Shown one piece after another: positions 18,767 through 28,759 of a stretch of 64,000 nucleotides of DNA. The stretch is from Alphaproteobacteria bacterium (GTDB lineage: Bacteria; Pseudomonadota; Alphaproteobacteria; Rhizobiales; Aestuariivirgaceae), in the NCBI GenBank assembly GCA_024642465.1, contig JAHEBA010000006.1:117-64116 (forward strand), in the 5' to 3' direction. Under the pieces are notes generated by a model that was not told where the DNA came from, did not search any database, and worked only from the letters and a program-made list of their open reading frames with translations. Positions within the stretch are counted from its first letter, which is position 1. Each line of letters opens with the position of its first letter. A program made the translations under genes and the position numbers.

Positions 18767-20077
18767 TCATTCCTTCGGGCGGTTGTCAATGATGCGTTTG
18801 GCCTTGCCCATGGAGCGTTCGATGGTTTCGGGCTCGACTACATGCACGGTCGAGGAGACGCCGATGTTGTTCTTGATCAGCTTCTGCAGTTCGCCGGCCA
18901 GCTGGATACGCTCGTCCTCGGCAGCGGTGCCCGGCAGGGCTTCGACATTGACGGTTATGGTGTCCATGCGCTCGGCGCGGCCAAGCTCGATATAATAATG
19001 GGGGCTCAGTCCCTCGGCGCGCAGGATAAGCTCCTCGATCTGGGTCGGGAACACGTTGACCCCGCGAATGATCATCATGTCGTCGGACCGTCCGGTGACC
19101 TTTTCCATGCGGCGCATGGTGCGGGCGGTGCCGGGCAGAAGCCGGGTCAGGTCGCGGGTGCGGTAGCGGATGATTGGCAACGCCTGCTTGGTGAGCGAGG
19201 TAAATACCAGTTCTCCCCGCTCGCCTTCGGGCAGCACCTCGCCGGTCTCGGGGTTGATGATTTCGGGGTAGAAGTGGTCTTCCCAGATGTGCAGACCGTC
19301 CTTGGTCTCAACACACTCCTGCGCCACGCCGGGTCCGATCACTTCGGACAGGCCGTATATGTCGATGGCGTCCATGTCGAAGGCCTGCTCGATTTCCTCG
19401 CGCATCGAGTTGGTCCATGGCTCGGCGCCGAAGATGCCGATCTTCAACGACGAGGCGCGTGGGTCCAGGCCCTGCTTCCGGAATTCGTCGAGGATCGCCA
19501 GCATGTAGCTTGGCGTCACCATGATGATCTCGGGCTTGAAGTCGGTGATGAGCTGTACCTGGCGCTCTGTCATGCCGCCTGAGACCGGGATGACCGTCAG
19601 GCCCAACCGCTCGGCGCCATAGTGTGCGCCGAGCCCGCCGGTGAACAGCCCGTAGCCATAGGAGATGTGGCACTTCATGCCGGGCCGGCCGCCGGCAGCG
19701 CGGATCGAGCGGGCCATCACGTCGGCCCACATGTCGACGTCGGGCTGGGTGTATCCGACCACGGTTGGTTTGCCGGTGGTGCCGGAGGAGGCGTGAATGC
19801 GCACGACTTCTTCCTGCGGCACGGCGAACATGCCAAAGGGATAATTGTCGCGCAGGTCGGTTTTCACCGTGAAGGGAAACTTCGCAAGATCGCCAAGCGT
19901 GGCGAGGTCGGACGGCTTGACGCGGGCCTTGTCGAAGGAGGCCTTGTAGTGCGGCACGTTTTCGTAGGCGTGGGCCAAAGAGTGCTTCAGCCGGTGCAAC
20001 TGAAGGGCGGCGATCTCATCGCGCGAGGCGGTCTCGATAGGGTCGGTGAGTGGAACGTACGCATCGCGATCAAGCAT
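18767..20077 (-). CDS. paaK: Phenylacetate-CoA ligase
   Basis: HASSGTTGKPT, YGYGLFTGGLGAHYG, DIYGLSE, RYRTRD, GRSDDM. Confidence 0.95.
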   Translation of the reverse strand: MLDRDAYVPLTDPIETASRDEIAALQLHRLKHSLAHAYENVPHYKASFDKARVKPSDLATLGDLAKFPFTVKTDLRDNYPFGMFAVPQEEVVRIHASSGTTGKPTVVGYTQPDVDMWADVMARSIRAAGGRPGMKCHISYGYGLFTGGLGAHYGAERLGLTVIPVSGGMTERQVQLITDFKPEIIMVTPSYMLAILDEFRKQGLDPRASSLKIGIFGAEPWTNSMREEIEQAFDMDAIDIYGLSEVIGPGVAQECVETKDGLHIWEDHFYPEIINPETGEVLPEGERGELVFTSLTKQALPIIRYRTRDLTRLLPGTARTMRRMEKVTGRSDDMMIIRGVNVFPTQIEELILRAEGLSPHYYIELGRAERMDTITVNVEALPGTAAEDERIQLAGELQKLIKNNIGVSSTVHVVEPETIERSMGKAKRIIDNRPKE

Positions 20078-20516
20078 GGCAGTTGTCCGGGCTGATGATG
20101 GTGCCGCCAATGGTGCGGGAGTGGCCGCGGAACTCCGCGACGCGGTTGCCGTCAGCATTGGTGACGGTGATGTCGTAGATGCCTGACCGTCCGGTGCGCG
20201 ATACCTCGTGGCCCTCGGCGGTAAGGATGTCGCCACGCATGGCGGGCGCGATGAAGGTGACGGAACAATGCTGTGCCACGGTGCGTTCATCATAGGTGTT
20301 GCAGGCAAACGCAAAGGCCGAGTCCGCCAACGTGAAGATGAAACCGCCGTGGCAGGTGCCATGACCGTTGGTCATGTCCTCGCGCACCGCCATGGACAAT
20401 ACGGCATGGCCCGCCCGCACGCCGAGCAGCGTCATGCCGAGCGCCCGGGTAGCGTTGTCGTCCTGCCACAGGGCTTCGGCACATTTGCGGGCGATGTCGT
20501 CTGCAGTATCGGTCAT
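20070..20516 (-). CDS. paaI: Phenylacetyl-CoA thioesterase (hotdog fold)
   Basis: NGHGTCHGGFIFTLADSAFAFACN; overlaps the paaK start. Confidence 0.92.
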   Translation of the reverse strand: MTDTADDIARKCAEALWQDDNATRALGMTLLGVRAGHAVLSMAVREDMTNGHGTCHGGFIFTLADSAFAFACNTYDERTVAQHCSVTFIAPAMRGDILTAEGHEVSRTGRSGIYDITVTNADGNRVAEFRGHSRTIGGTIISPDNCHA

Positions 20517-20643
20517 CGGGGCGTTGCTGTCTGGAAGGTGAGGCCAACACTGTGCCAAAAGAACGCCGGTGTGGCAAAGTTGTTTGTTGCGGCGCAGGCG
20601 GGAGCTTCTTATCCCTAACGCAATCAAAGTGCAGGATCGGGCC

Positions 20644-21105
20644 ATGGAACTGAAAGTAAACGGAAAGACACTGAGCCTTGATACCGACCCGGACATGCCG
20701 CTGCTATGGGCGCTGCGTGACGTGGCCGGCCTGACCGGCACCAAGTTCGGCTGCGGCATCGCCCAATGCGGCGCGTGCGCGGTGCTGATCGACGGTGAGC
20801 CGGTGCGCTCTTGCGTGACGCCGGTCAGCAGCGTGAGCGGTGAGATCACCACCATCGAGGGCTTCGCCGCTGAAGACGGGACGTTGAGCGCGGTGCAGCA
20901 GGCCTGGGTCGATGGGCAGGTCGCCCAGTGCGGCTACTGCCAGTCCGGCCAGATGCTGGCGGCAACGGCGCTGCTCAAGGCCAATCCGTCACCAACCGAT
21001 GCCGACATTGACGATGCCATGTCCGGCAACATGTGCCGTTGCGGCACCTATCCGCGCATCCGCGCCGCAATCCATGCGGCGGCGAAGAAGCTGGCGGGGG
21101 CCTGA
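20644..21105 (+). CDS. iorA: (2Fe-2S) small subunit, isoquinoline 1-oxidoreductase type
   Basis: [26 protein letters not shown]. Confidence 0.88.
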   Translation: MELKVNGKTLSLDTDPDMPLLWALRDVAGLTGTKFGCGIAQCGACAVLIDGEPVRSCVTPVSSVSGEITTIEGFAAEDGTLSAVQQAWVDGQVAQCGYCQSGQMLAATALLKANPSPTDADIDDAMSGNMCRCGTYPRIRAAIHAAAKKLAGA

Positions 21106-21108
21106 GCC

Positions 21109-23361
21109 ATGGGCAAGATCCTGCGCCGTACATTCCTGCTTGGCACCGCGGCCATTGCCGGCGGTTTCGCGGTCGGCTGGTACATGTATCAGAAGCCCTA
21201 TCCGAACCCGCTCGAGGCGACGCCGGGTGAAGGGGTCTTCACGCCATTCATCAAGATCGCGTCCGACGATACGGTGAAGATGGTCATTCCTCGCGCCGAG
21301 ATGGGCCAGGGCATGCTCACCACGCTGGCCGCGATGATCGTCGAAGAGCTCGACGTTGAGCTCGCCTCGGTGAAGACGGAGTTCGCACCTGCCGCCAAGG
21401 CCTATTACAATTCTGCCATGCTGGAAGAGGGCGCGCCATTTCCGGCGTTCGACAATTCGTTCGTGGCCGAGACCATGCGCGGGCTTCAGGGCGTTGTCGC
21501 CAAGTTTCTCGCCATGCAAGCAACGGGTGGTTCGAGCTCCACGGTCGATGCGTTCGACAAGCTGCGCGAGGCCGGTGCGGCGGCGCGGCTTATGCTGGTG
21601 CAGGCTGCGGCAGAGCAATGGGGCGTCGTTGCGGCTTCGCTGAGGACAGAGGGCGGCAAGGTCATCGACCCTGCGCTCGGCAAGTCATTGAGCTATGGCG
21701 CGCTGGCTGAGGCCGCATCGCAGCGCAAGGTTCCCTCGGACGCAACGTTGAAGCCGCGCGACCAGTGGCGCTATCTCGGCAAGACGCAGCCCAAGCTCGA
21801 CATTGTGGCCAAGGTCTCGGGCAAGACGACGTTCGGCATCGACGTGCGCCTGCCTGACATGCTGTTCGCGACGGTTCGCATGAACCCGCGTCAGGGCGCA
21901 GCGATGACGGCGATGGACGATGGCCCGGCCCTGGTCCTGCCGGGCGTGATCAAGGTGGTGAACCTTGGTACTGGCTTTGCAGTGATTGCCAGCAATACAT
22001 GGACCGCGTTCCAGGCTGCCGATGCGGTGAAGCCGCAGTGGGCCGAAGCGCCATACCCCGCCACCACGGATGCCGTGTTCGGCAAGATCGAACAAGCGCT
22101 TGCCTTGGGCGAGGGCTTCCATATGCGCAGCGACGGCGATACGCCTGCCGAAGCCGCTGGCAGGGGCGGAACGATCAAGGCGCGCTATTCCGCTCCCTAT
22201 CTCGCCCATGCCTGCATGGAGCCGATGAACGCCACGGCGCAATGGCAGGGCGACAGGCTGACCATCTGGAGCGGCAACCAGGCACCAACCTCCATCGTGC
22301 AGCAGGCGGCAGCGGTGTTCTCGATCCCGGCAGAGAATGTCGAGGTGGTCAGCACCTATCTCGGCGGCGGCTTCGGGCGGCGGTTCGAGACCGACTTTTC
22401 CATCCTCGCCGCGCGCGTTGCGAAGGAGACCGATGGCAAGCCGGTGCAGGTGACCTGGACGCGCGAGGAAGACATGCGCCACGACATGTACCGGCCCGGA
22501 GCTTTGTGCGAGGCGGAAGCGGTGCTGGGCTCCGACGGCATCGAGGCCGTGAGCTTCAAAACGGCGAGCCAGTCGGTGATGGCCTCGGCCTTCGGACGGC
22601 TGGAAGGGGCGATGACCCCGCCCGGTCCGGACAAGCTGATCGTCGACGGGCTTTGGGACCAGCCTTATGATCTGCCGAACTTCCACGTGACCGGTGTGCC
22701 GGTGGATCTTGCCATCCCGGTGGGATTCTGGCGCTCGGTGGGACATTCGTTCAACCCGTTCTTCATCGAAAGCTTCATGGACGAGATCGCGGCTGCCTCG
22801 AAGCAGGATCCGCTGGAAATGCGTCTGAAGCTGATGGCAAAGCATGAGCCGGCAGTAGGCGTGCTGGAAGCCGTGAAGGAAATGTCGGGTTGGGGCACAG
22901 CGCTCGATGCTGCGGGCGTGAAGACGCGCGGGCGCGGCGTTGCCTTCTGCCTGTCGTTCGGCACGTGGGTGGCGCAGGTCATTCAGGTGGCCGAGACGAA
23001 TTCCGGTATCCGGATCGAGAAGGTATGGTGCGCGGCCGACGTTGGCACGGCGCTGGACCCCGGCAACCTGGAAGCGCAGATGATATCCGGCATCATCTAC
23101 GGCCTGTCTGCCGCGATGGGTCAGCAGATCACCTTTGCCGATGGTGCTGCCGAACAGGGCAACTTCGACAACTACGATGCCATGCGGATGGGTCAGTGTC
23201 CGGTCATCGGGGTGCGCATCCTCGAGAACTCGCCGAAAATGGGCGGGGCCGGCGAGCCGGGCACGCCGCCATCCCTGCCGGCGCTCGCCAATGCCATTTT
23301 TGCCGCGACAGGCAAGCGTATCCGCTCGCTGCCGCTGTCCGGCGAGGTGAGTTTTGCCTAG
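21109..23361 (+). CDS. iorB: Molybdopterin-binding large subunit, isoquinoline 1-oxidoreductase type
   Basis: RRTFL Tat-like N-terminus, EMGQG, TGGSSS, GGGFGRR, WRSV, GEPG. Confidence 0.88.
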   Translation: MGKILRRTFLLGTAAIAGGFAVGWYMYQKPYPNPLEATPGEGVFTPFIKIASDDTVKMVIPRAEMGQGMLTTLAAMIVEELDVELASVKTEFAPAAKAYYNSAMLEEGAPFPAFDNSFVAETMRGLQGVVAKFLAMQATGGSSSTVDAFDKLREAGAAARLMLVQAAAEQWGVVAASLRTEGGKVIDPALGKSLSYGALAEAASQRKVPSDATLKPRDQWRYLGKTQPKLDIVAKVSGKTTFGIDVRLPDMLFATVRMNPRQGAAMTAMDDGPALVLPGVIKVVNLGTGFAVIASNTWTAFQAADAVKPQWAEAPYPATTDAVFGKIEQALALGEGFHMRSDGDTPAEAAGRGGTIKARYSAPYLAHACMEPMNATAQWQGDRLTIWSGNQAPTSIVQQAAAVFSIPAENVEVVSTYLGGGFGRRFETDFSILAARVAKETDGKPVQVTWTREEDMRHDMYRPGALCEAEAVLGSDGIEAVSFKTASQSVMASAFGRLEGAMTPPGPDKLIVDGLWDQPYDLPNFHVTGVPVDLAIPVGFWRSVGHSFNPFFIESFMDEIAAASKQDPLEMRLKLMAKHEPAVGVLEAVKEMSGWGTALDAAGVKTRGRGVAFCLSFGTWVAQVIQVAETNSGIRIEKVWCAADVGTALDPGNLEAQMISGIIYGLSAAMGQQITFADGAAEQGNFDNYDAMRMGQCPVIGVRILENSPKMGGAGEPGTPPSLPALANAIFAATGKRIRSLPLSGEVSFA

Positions 23362-23696
23362 AGGGCGTCCGGGCCGGTCTCGCCGGTGCGCACGCGCATG
23401 GCGCTTTCAAGGTCGATGACGAAGATCTTGCCGTCGCCGATCTTGCCGGTGCGCCCGGCCTGGGCGATGGTCTCCACGGCCTTGTCGGCAACGTGGTCAT
23501 CGACAGCGATCTCGAGCTTCACCTTCGGCAGGTAGTGCACGGTGTACTCAGCCCCGCGATAGATCTCGGAATGGCCGCCCTGGCGGCCAAAGCCCTTGAC
23601 CTCCGTGGCCGTCATGCCGGTCACGCCGACTGCCGACAGGGCCTCGCGCACGGCGTCAAGACGGTGCGGCTGGATGATGGCGATGATGAACTTCAT
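23358..23696 (-). CDS. glnK: P-II nitrogen regulatory protein
   Basis: 112 aa; GFGRQ, YRGAEY (Tyr51), TGKIGDGKIF, RVRTGE; next to amt. Confidence 0.9.
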   Translation of the reverse strand: MKFIIAIIQPHRLDAVREALSAVGVTGMTATEVKGFGRQGGHSEIYRGAEYTVHYLPKVKLEIAVDDHVADKAVETIAQAGRTGKIGDGKIFVIDLESAMRVRTGETGPDAL

Positions 23697-23726
23697 TGGT
23701 CAGCGATCTCCCTGCATGCTCGCGGT

Positions 23727-24944
23727 TCAGAGATTATAACCAGTTTCGCCGTGCGATGCGAAGTCGAGACCTTCGCGCTCCTGATCGGCGGAAACACGCA
23801 AGGCCGTGACAGCGTTGACGATCATCACGATCATGATGCTGGCCACGGCACAATAGGCGGCGGTGACGACCACGCCGGTGGCCTGAACCAGGAACTGGCT
23901 GCCGGCAGTCGTGCCTTCGTCATAGCCGACGCCGCCCAATGCATCACTCATCAGGAACGCGGTCAGCAGGGTGCCAATGGCGCCGCCGACGCCGTGAACG
24001 GCCATGACGTCGAGCGAGTCGTCGATCCGGAGCCGGTTGCGGATGAGGTCGACGGCGAGATAGCAGACGACGCCGCCCGCGAGGCCGCAGGTGAGGCCGC
24101 CGATGGGGCCGACGTAGCCTGAAGCCGGGGTGATTGTTGCCAACCCGGCAATGGTGCCGGTGACGGCGCCGACGAGGCTGGGCTTGCCGAACCGGACGCG
24201 CTCGATGACGATCCAGACCAGCGTGGCGGTGGCGGCGGACACATGGGTGACGAGCATGGCCATTGCGGCGTCAGAGCCTGCCGACAGCGCACTGCCGGCG
24301 TTGAAGCCGAACCAGCCGACCCACAACATCGAGGCGCCGACCATCACCATCCAGGGCGCGTGTGGCGGCTGGACATGGGATGGAAAGCCGGTGCGCTTGC
24401 CCACCATCACAGCCATGACGATGGCCGCCACACCGGCGGTGACGTGCACCACGATGCCACCGGCGAAATCCTTGGCGCCCATGCCGGCCAGCCAGCCGCC
24501 ACCCCATACCCAGTGGGTGACCGGGGCATAGACGACGAGTAGCCAGAGGGCTGAGAACAGCATCACCGCAGAGAACTTGATGCGTTCCACGAACGCCCCG
24601 ACGATCAGCGCCGGGGTGATGATGGCGAAGGTCATCTGGAACATGAAGAACAGTGTTTCAGGCAGGCCGGTTTCACCAAAGACCGTGCCGCGCCCGACGC
24701 CCGCCAGCATCATCTTGCTCAAGGACCCGACCCATGAGGTGCCGTCTGCGAAGGCCAGGCTGTAGCCGGCCACGAGCCAGACGACAGACATCAGCGCGGC
24801 AATTGCGACGCACTGCATCAGCACCGAGAGGATGTTCCGTGATCGCACGAGCCCGGCATAGAACAACGCCAGCCCTGGCAGTGTCATGAACAGCACGAGT
24901 GCGGTCGATGTGAGAATCCAGGCGGTATCAGCCCCGTTGATCAT
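23727..24944 (-). CDS. amtB: Ammonium transporter
   Basis: PGLALFYAG, FQMTFA, DFAGGIVVH, WFGFNAGS, DDSLDVMAVHG; twin His intact. Confidence 0.95.
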   Translation of the reverse strand: MINGADTAWILTSTALVLFMTLPGLALFYAGLVRSRNILSVLMQCVAIAALMSVVWLVAGYSLAFADGTSWVGSLSKMMLAGVGRGTVFGETGLPETLFFMFQMTFAIITPALIVGAFVERIKFSAVMLFSALWLLVVYAPVTHWVWGGGWLAGMGAKDFAGGIVVHVTAGVAAIVMAVMVGKRTGFPSHVQPPHAPWMVMVGASMLWVGWFGFNAGSALSAGSDAAMAMLVTHVSAATATLVWIVIERVRFGKPSLVGAVTGTIAGLATITPASGYVGPIGGLTCGLAGGVVCYLAVDLIRNRLRIDDSLDVMAVHGVGGAIGTLLTAFLMSDALGGVGYDEGTTAGSQFLVQATGVVVTAAYCAVASIMIVMIVNAVTALRVSADQEREGLDFASHGETGYNL

Positions 24945-25043
24945 GTTTCAGCCCCTCCCGATGACCGGATGGCGCCTTGGGGCCATCCGCTGGTTTTCGG
25001 GGCGAAACAGTTAGTCGATCACCATCTGCGCGCAACTGGAATC

Positions 25044-25110
25044 AGCATAAAAACCGTGCAGAAGCTCAAGAATCTGCACAACCAAACTACAACAGCTTAA
25101 ATAAAGTGCA
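25044..25110 (-). promoter_or_regulatory. Two NtrC-like boxes upstream of amtB
   Basis: AGCATAAAAACCGTGCA (25044-25060) and AGCTTAAATAAAGTGCA (25094-25110), both GC-N11-GC, 50 bp apart. Confidence 0.6.
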
Positions 25111-25115
25111 ATTGC

Positions 25116-26276
25116 CTAGCGCAAACGCTCAAGAATTGACACATAATTGGCCACTGCGGCGCCACCCATGTTGAAAATTCCGGCAAGTTGCGGATTGTCC
25201 AGCTGCATGCCGCCGGCATTGCCGGTGAGTTGCATGGCGGCCATGACGTGCATCGACACGCCTGTCGCGCCGATGGGATGGCCCTTGGACTTGAGCCCGC
25301 CGGAGGGGTTTACCGGCAGCTTGCCGTCCTTCATGGTCCAGCCTTCCTTGATTGCCTGTGCGCCCTGACCCGGCTTGGCGAGCCCCATCGCCTCGTACTC
25401 AATCAGTTCGGCGATGGTGAAGCAGTCATGGGTTTCCACGAACGACAGGTCGTTGAGCGAGGTGCCGGCCTGCTCGTGCGCGCGCTTCCAGGCCTGGGTG
25501 CAGCCCTCGAACTGGATGATGTCGCGCCGTGCCATCGGCAGGTAGTCCTGGGCGTGGGCGGATGCGCGGAAGTGGACGGCCTTGGGGAAGCGGAGCGCGG
25601 TTTCTGTGTCGGTCATGACCATGGCGGCCGCGCCGTCCGACACCAGCGAGCAGTCGGTGCGGCGGATGGCGCCGATCACGGTGGGGTTCTTCTCGGACAC
25701 GGTGTTGCAGAATTCGAAGCCGAAGTCTTTATGCATCTGGGCAAAAGGATTGTGAACGCCGTTGGCGTGGTTCTTGGCAGCGATGCGGGCCATCGCCTCT
25801 GACTGGTCGCCATAGCGCTGGAAATAGAGGTCGGCGATGCGGGCGAACACGCCGGCAAAGCCGCCCGGCGTATCGGCCTCGGTCTTGCGGTAGGAAGCGT
25901 TGAGCAGGATATCGCCGATCTCGGCGCCAGATGCCTTGGTCATCTTTTCCGCGCCCACGACGAGGACGAAGCGGGAGCGCTTGGCGGCAAGGTCGTTCAG
26001 CCCCATGTGCACAGCGGCAGAGCCCGTGGCGCAGGCGTTCTCGACCCTGGTGGCGGGTTTGAAGCGGAATGCGGGGTCGGCGTCCAGCGTGAAGGCCGCG
26101 GGGAAGGACTGCTTCTCGAACATGCCGAAATTACCGACATAGATGGCGTCGATCTCGTCGAAGCCGATACCTGCATCCTCGACCGCCTCGCGGGAAACGG
26201 TTGCGAGCAGGTCTTCGAGTTCCATGTCCTCGAGCTTGCCGAATTTTGAATGGGCCCATCCGATGATTGCCGACAT
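25116..26276 (-). CDS. Thiolase (SCP2-type acetyl-CoA acetyltransferase)
   Basis: ENACATG, SDGAAA, HDCF, GHPIGATG. Confidence 0.9.
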   Translation of the reverse strand: MSAIIGWAHSKFGKLEDMELEDLLATVSREAVEDAGIGFDEIDAIYVGNFGMFEKQSFPAAFTLDADPAFRFKPATRVENACATGSAAVHMGLNDLAAKRSRFVLVVGAEKMTKASGAEIGDILLNASYRKTEADTPGGFAGVFARIADLYFQRYGDQSEAMARIAAKNHANGVHNPFAQMHKDFGFEFCNTVSEKNPTVIGAIRRTDCSLVSDGAAAMVMTDTETALRFPKAVHFRASAHAQDYLPMARRDIIQFEGCTQAWKRAHEQAGTSLNDLSFVETHDCFTIAELIEYEAMGLAKPGQGAQAIKEGWTMKDGKLPVNPSGGLKSKGHPIGATGVSMHVMAAMQLTGNAGGMQLDNPQLAGIFNMGGAAVANYVSILERLR

Positions 26277-26349
26277 CTGATCGATCTCGTGTTCGTCTGA
26301 ATCTTGCGTTGCGCGGCACGCTAGCACTGCTGTTCCTGCTTGGCGAGCC

Positions 26350-27309
26350 TCAAGGACGCCAGGTTTCGCCAACCTCCAGCACACGGAACTCATGGCCGGG
26401 AATGCCGTGCTGGCGGCGCGCTTCGGCCAGTTCGCGGGCGGGATCATCGATGCCTTCATCGGTCAGCTGGATGGTGGCGTGGTGGATCGCCATGGACGAC
26501 CTTGCACCGAGCAGCTTGTGGGCGCGCACCGCCTCATCGGGATCGATGTGCTGCGGCGCCATGAACCAGCGCGGTTCGTAGGCGCCGATGGGAATGAGCG
26601 CCAGGTCCGGCTCGCCGTACATCTCCCGGGTCTGCACGAAATGATCGCCGGTACCGAAGCCGGTATCTGCGGCAAAGTAGATCTTGTGCGATGGCGTGGT
26701 GATGAAGAAGGCCGACCACAGCGCCCGGTTCCGGTCGTACAGCGTGCGCTTGGACCAGTGCAGCGCCGGCGTCGGGCTGACCGAAACGGGCCCATGCTTG
26801 TGAACGTCGTGCCAGCCGAGTTCGACAACGCCGGTGCCGGGTTTTAGCTGTCGCACGTGGCGGGCATTGCCGTGCGGCGTTACCAGCGTCAGGGCGTGGT
26901 CATGGGACAGCCGCTCCAGGGCGGGCAGATCCATGTGGTCGTAGTGGTTGTGGCTCAACAGCACCATGTCGATGGGCGGCAAATCGTCGAGAGCCACGCC
27001 GGGGGCGCGCACCCGCTTCGGCCCGGCAAAGCGGAACGGGCTAGCCCGCAACGAGAAGAATGGATCGGTCAGGATGTTCAGGCCGTGCGCCTGGATGAGC
27101 GCGGTCGAATGTCCGATCCAGGTTACTGACAGGCCGTCTGCCGACACCCGTCTGGGCGGCGCCGGATGGACCGGGTTCTCTACCCATGCGGGCCAGCGCT
27201 CCCGCCGGCCGGACGTCTGCCAGCGCCAGAAGTCCTTCGCCGACTTGGTCGAGTCGTGACCGGGAAGGTGAAAGCGGCCACCCGCCTGCCGATAGCTGTG
27301 CTTGGTCAT
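26350..27309 (-). CDS. Metallo-beta-lactamase-fold hydrolase (NAPE-PLD/RomA-like)
   Basis: WIGHST, TDPFFS, SHNHYDHMD, HWSKR, PIGAYEPRWFM. Confidence 0.88.
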   Translation of the reverse strand: MTKHSYRQAGGRFHLPGHDSTKSAKDFWRWQTSGRRERWPAWVENPVHPAPPRRVSADGLSVTWIGHSTALIQAHGLNILTDPFFSLRASPFRFAGPKRVRAPGVALDDLPPIDMVLLSHNHYDHMDLPALERLSHDHALTLVTPHGNARHVRQLKPGTGVVELGWHDVHKHGPVSVSPTPALHWSKRTLYDRNRALWSAFFITTPSHKIYFAADTGFGTGDHFVQTREMYGEPDLALIPIGAYEPRWFMAPQHIDPDEAVRAHKLLGARSSMAIHHATIQLTDEGIDDPARELAEARRQHGIPGHEFRVLEVGETWRP

Positions 27310-27358
27310 GTTGCCAGATATAGACAGACAAACGTGGCCGGAAAAGCGCCGATGAAGA

Positions 27359-28741
27359 TTAAACCGTGCGCAGGTACCAGGCGAAGTCGAGCGCGGAGGG
27401 CTCGGCATAAAAGCGGTCCGCCTCGACTTCCTTGATGGTGGCGAAGATGTCGACCAGCCGCTCGCCGAGGTATGCCTTCATCACGTTCGAAGCCCGGAAC
27501 GCTTCTGCGGCTGCATACCAGTTTGTGGGCATTGGTGGCGCAGGTTGCTCATAGCCGTTGCCGGTCACCGGGGCGCCGGGGTCGAGCCGGTTGACGATGC
27601 CGTGATGCATGCCGGCCAGCACCGCAGCAAGCACGAGGTAGGGGTTGGCATCCGCGCCTGCCGGGCGGTGCTCGATGTGCATGGTTTCGCCGGTGGATGC
27701 CGGCACCCGCACCGATACGGTGCGGTTGTTGACTGCCCAGTTGGGGGCCACCGGTGCATAGCTGGACTTGCGGAAACGGCGATAGGAATTGGCATTGGGG
27801 GCAAAGATCAGCATGGCGTCCGCCATGGTGTCCATCATGCCGGCGATGGCCTGCAGCATCAGAGTTGACTCTTCGGCACGATCAGCGGTGAACGCATTGC
27901 TGCCGTCGGGCCGCGCCAGCGAAGTGTGCACGTGCATGCCGCAGCCGGTGAACTGGCTGTAGGGCTTGGCCATGAAGCTGGCCACGAGGCCGTGCTTGTC
28001 TGCCACCGCTCGCACGAGCCGCTTGAGCATTATGGCCTCGTCTGCGGCCTGCAGGGCATTGGCGCGGTGTTTGAGCACCACTTCCATCTGGCCGGGTGCA
28101 TACTCGGAAATCAGGGTGCGGGCCGGCAGCCCTTGCGCATCACAGGCGGCGTAGAGGTCTTCGAAGAACGGGGCGAAATCGTCGAGGTCGTTGAGCAGGT
28201 AAGCCTGGAAATGTTCCGGCCTTGCTTCATTCACCAGTGCGCGCGGCGGGCGCGGGGTGCCGGCCAGCGCTGCCGCCCGGTCGAACAGGTAGAACTCCAG
28301 TTCGATGGCAGCGACCGGGGTGAGGTTCAGGCTCGAAAACTGCTCGACGGCGCCTTGCAGCACGTTGCGCGGTTCGGCGATGGAGCGGCTGGCGTCCATT
28401 TCGCGCATCGTGGTGATGAACTGGGCCGACGTGCGGCCCTCGATCCAGGGCACCGTCTTCAGCGTGCCGGGCACCGGCCAGACGATACGGTCAGCATCAC
28501 CGTCTTCCCAGACAAGTCCGGTTTCCTCGATGTCCCTTCCTGTCATGTCCAGGCTGAGTATGGAGCCCGGCATGAAGCGGCCGTCGCGGTAGGCGGCCAT
28601 CAGCTCCTCGCGCCGCAGGTGCTTGCCGCGCTGGGCGCCGCACAGGTCGGTGAAGATCAGCTGGAAGGACTGGGCCTGCGGGTTGGCTGCTAGGAACCGT
28701 TCAGCCTCCTCGATGGCTTCGGGAAACGGATTGGCTGGCAT
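27359..28741 (-). CDS. Glutamine synthetase-like gamma-glutamylamide synthetase (PuuA-like)
   Basis: ELEFY, EYAPGQME, FMAKP, HVHTS, NSYRR, EHR, DANPY. Confidence 0.85.
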   Translation of the reverse strand: MPANPFPEAIEEAERFLAANPQAQSFQLIFTDLCGAQRGKHLRREELMAAYRDGRFMPGSILSLDMTGRDIEETGLVWEDGDADRIVWPVPGTLKTVPWIEGRTSAQFITTMREMDASRSIAEPRNVLQGAVEQFSSLNLTPVAAIELEFYLFDRAAALAGTPRPPRALVNEARPEHFQAYLLNDLDDFAPFFEDLYAACDAQGLPARTLISEYAPGQMEVVLKHRANALQAADEAIMLKRLVRAVADKHGLVASFMAKPYSQFTGCGMHVHTSLARPDGSNAFTADRAEESTLMLQAIAGMMDTMADAMLIFAPNANSYRRFRKSSYAPVAPNWAVNNRTVSVRVPASTGETMHIEHRPAGADANPYLVLAAVLAGMHHGIVNRLDPGAPVTGNGYEQPAPPMPTNWYAAAEAFRASNVMKAYLGERLVDIFATIKEVEADRFYAEPSALDFAWYLRTV

Positions 28742-28759
28742 GGTGTGGTGTCTCCGGGC

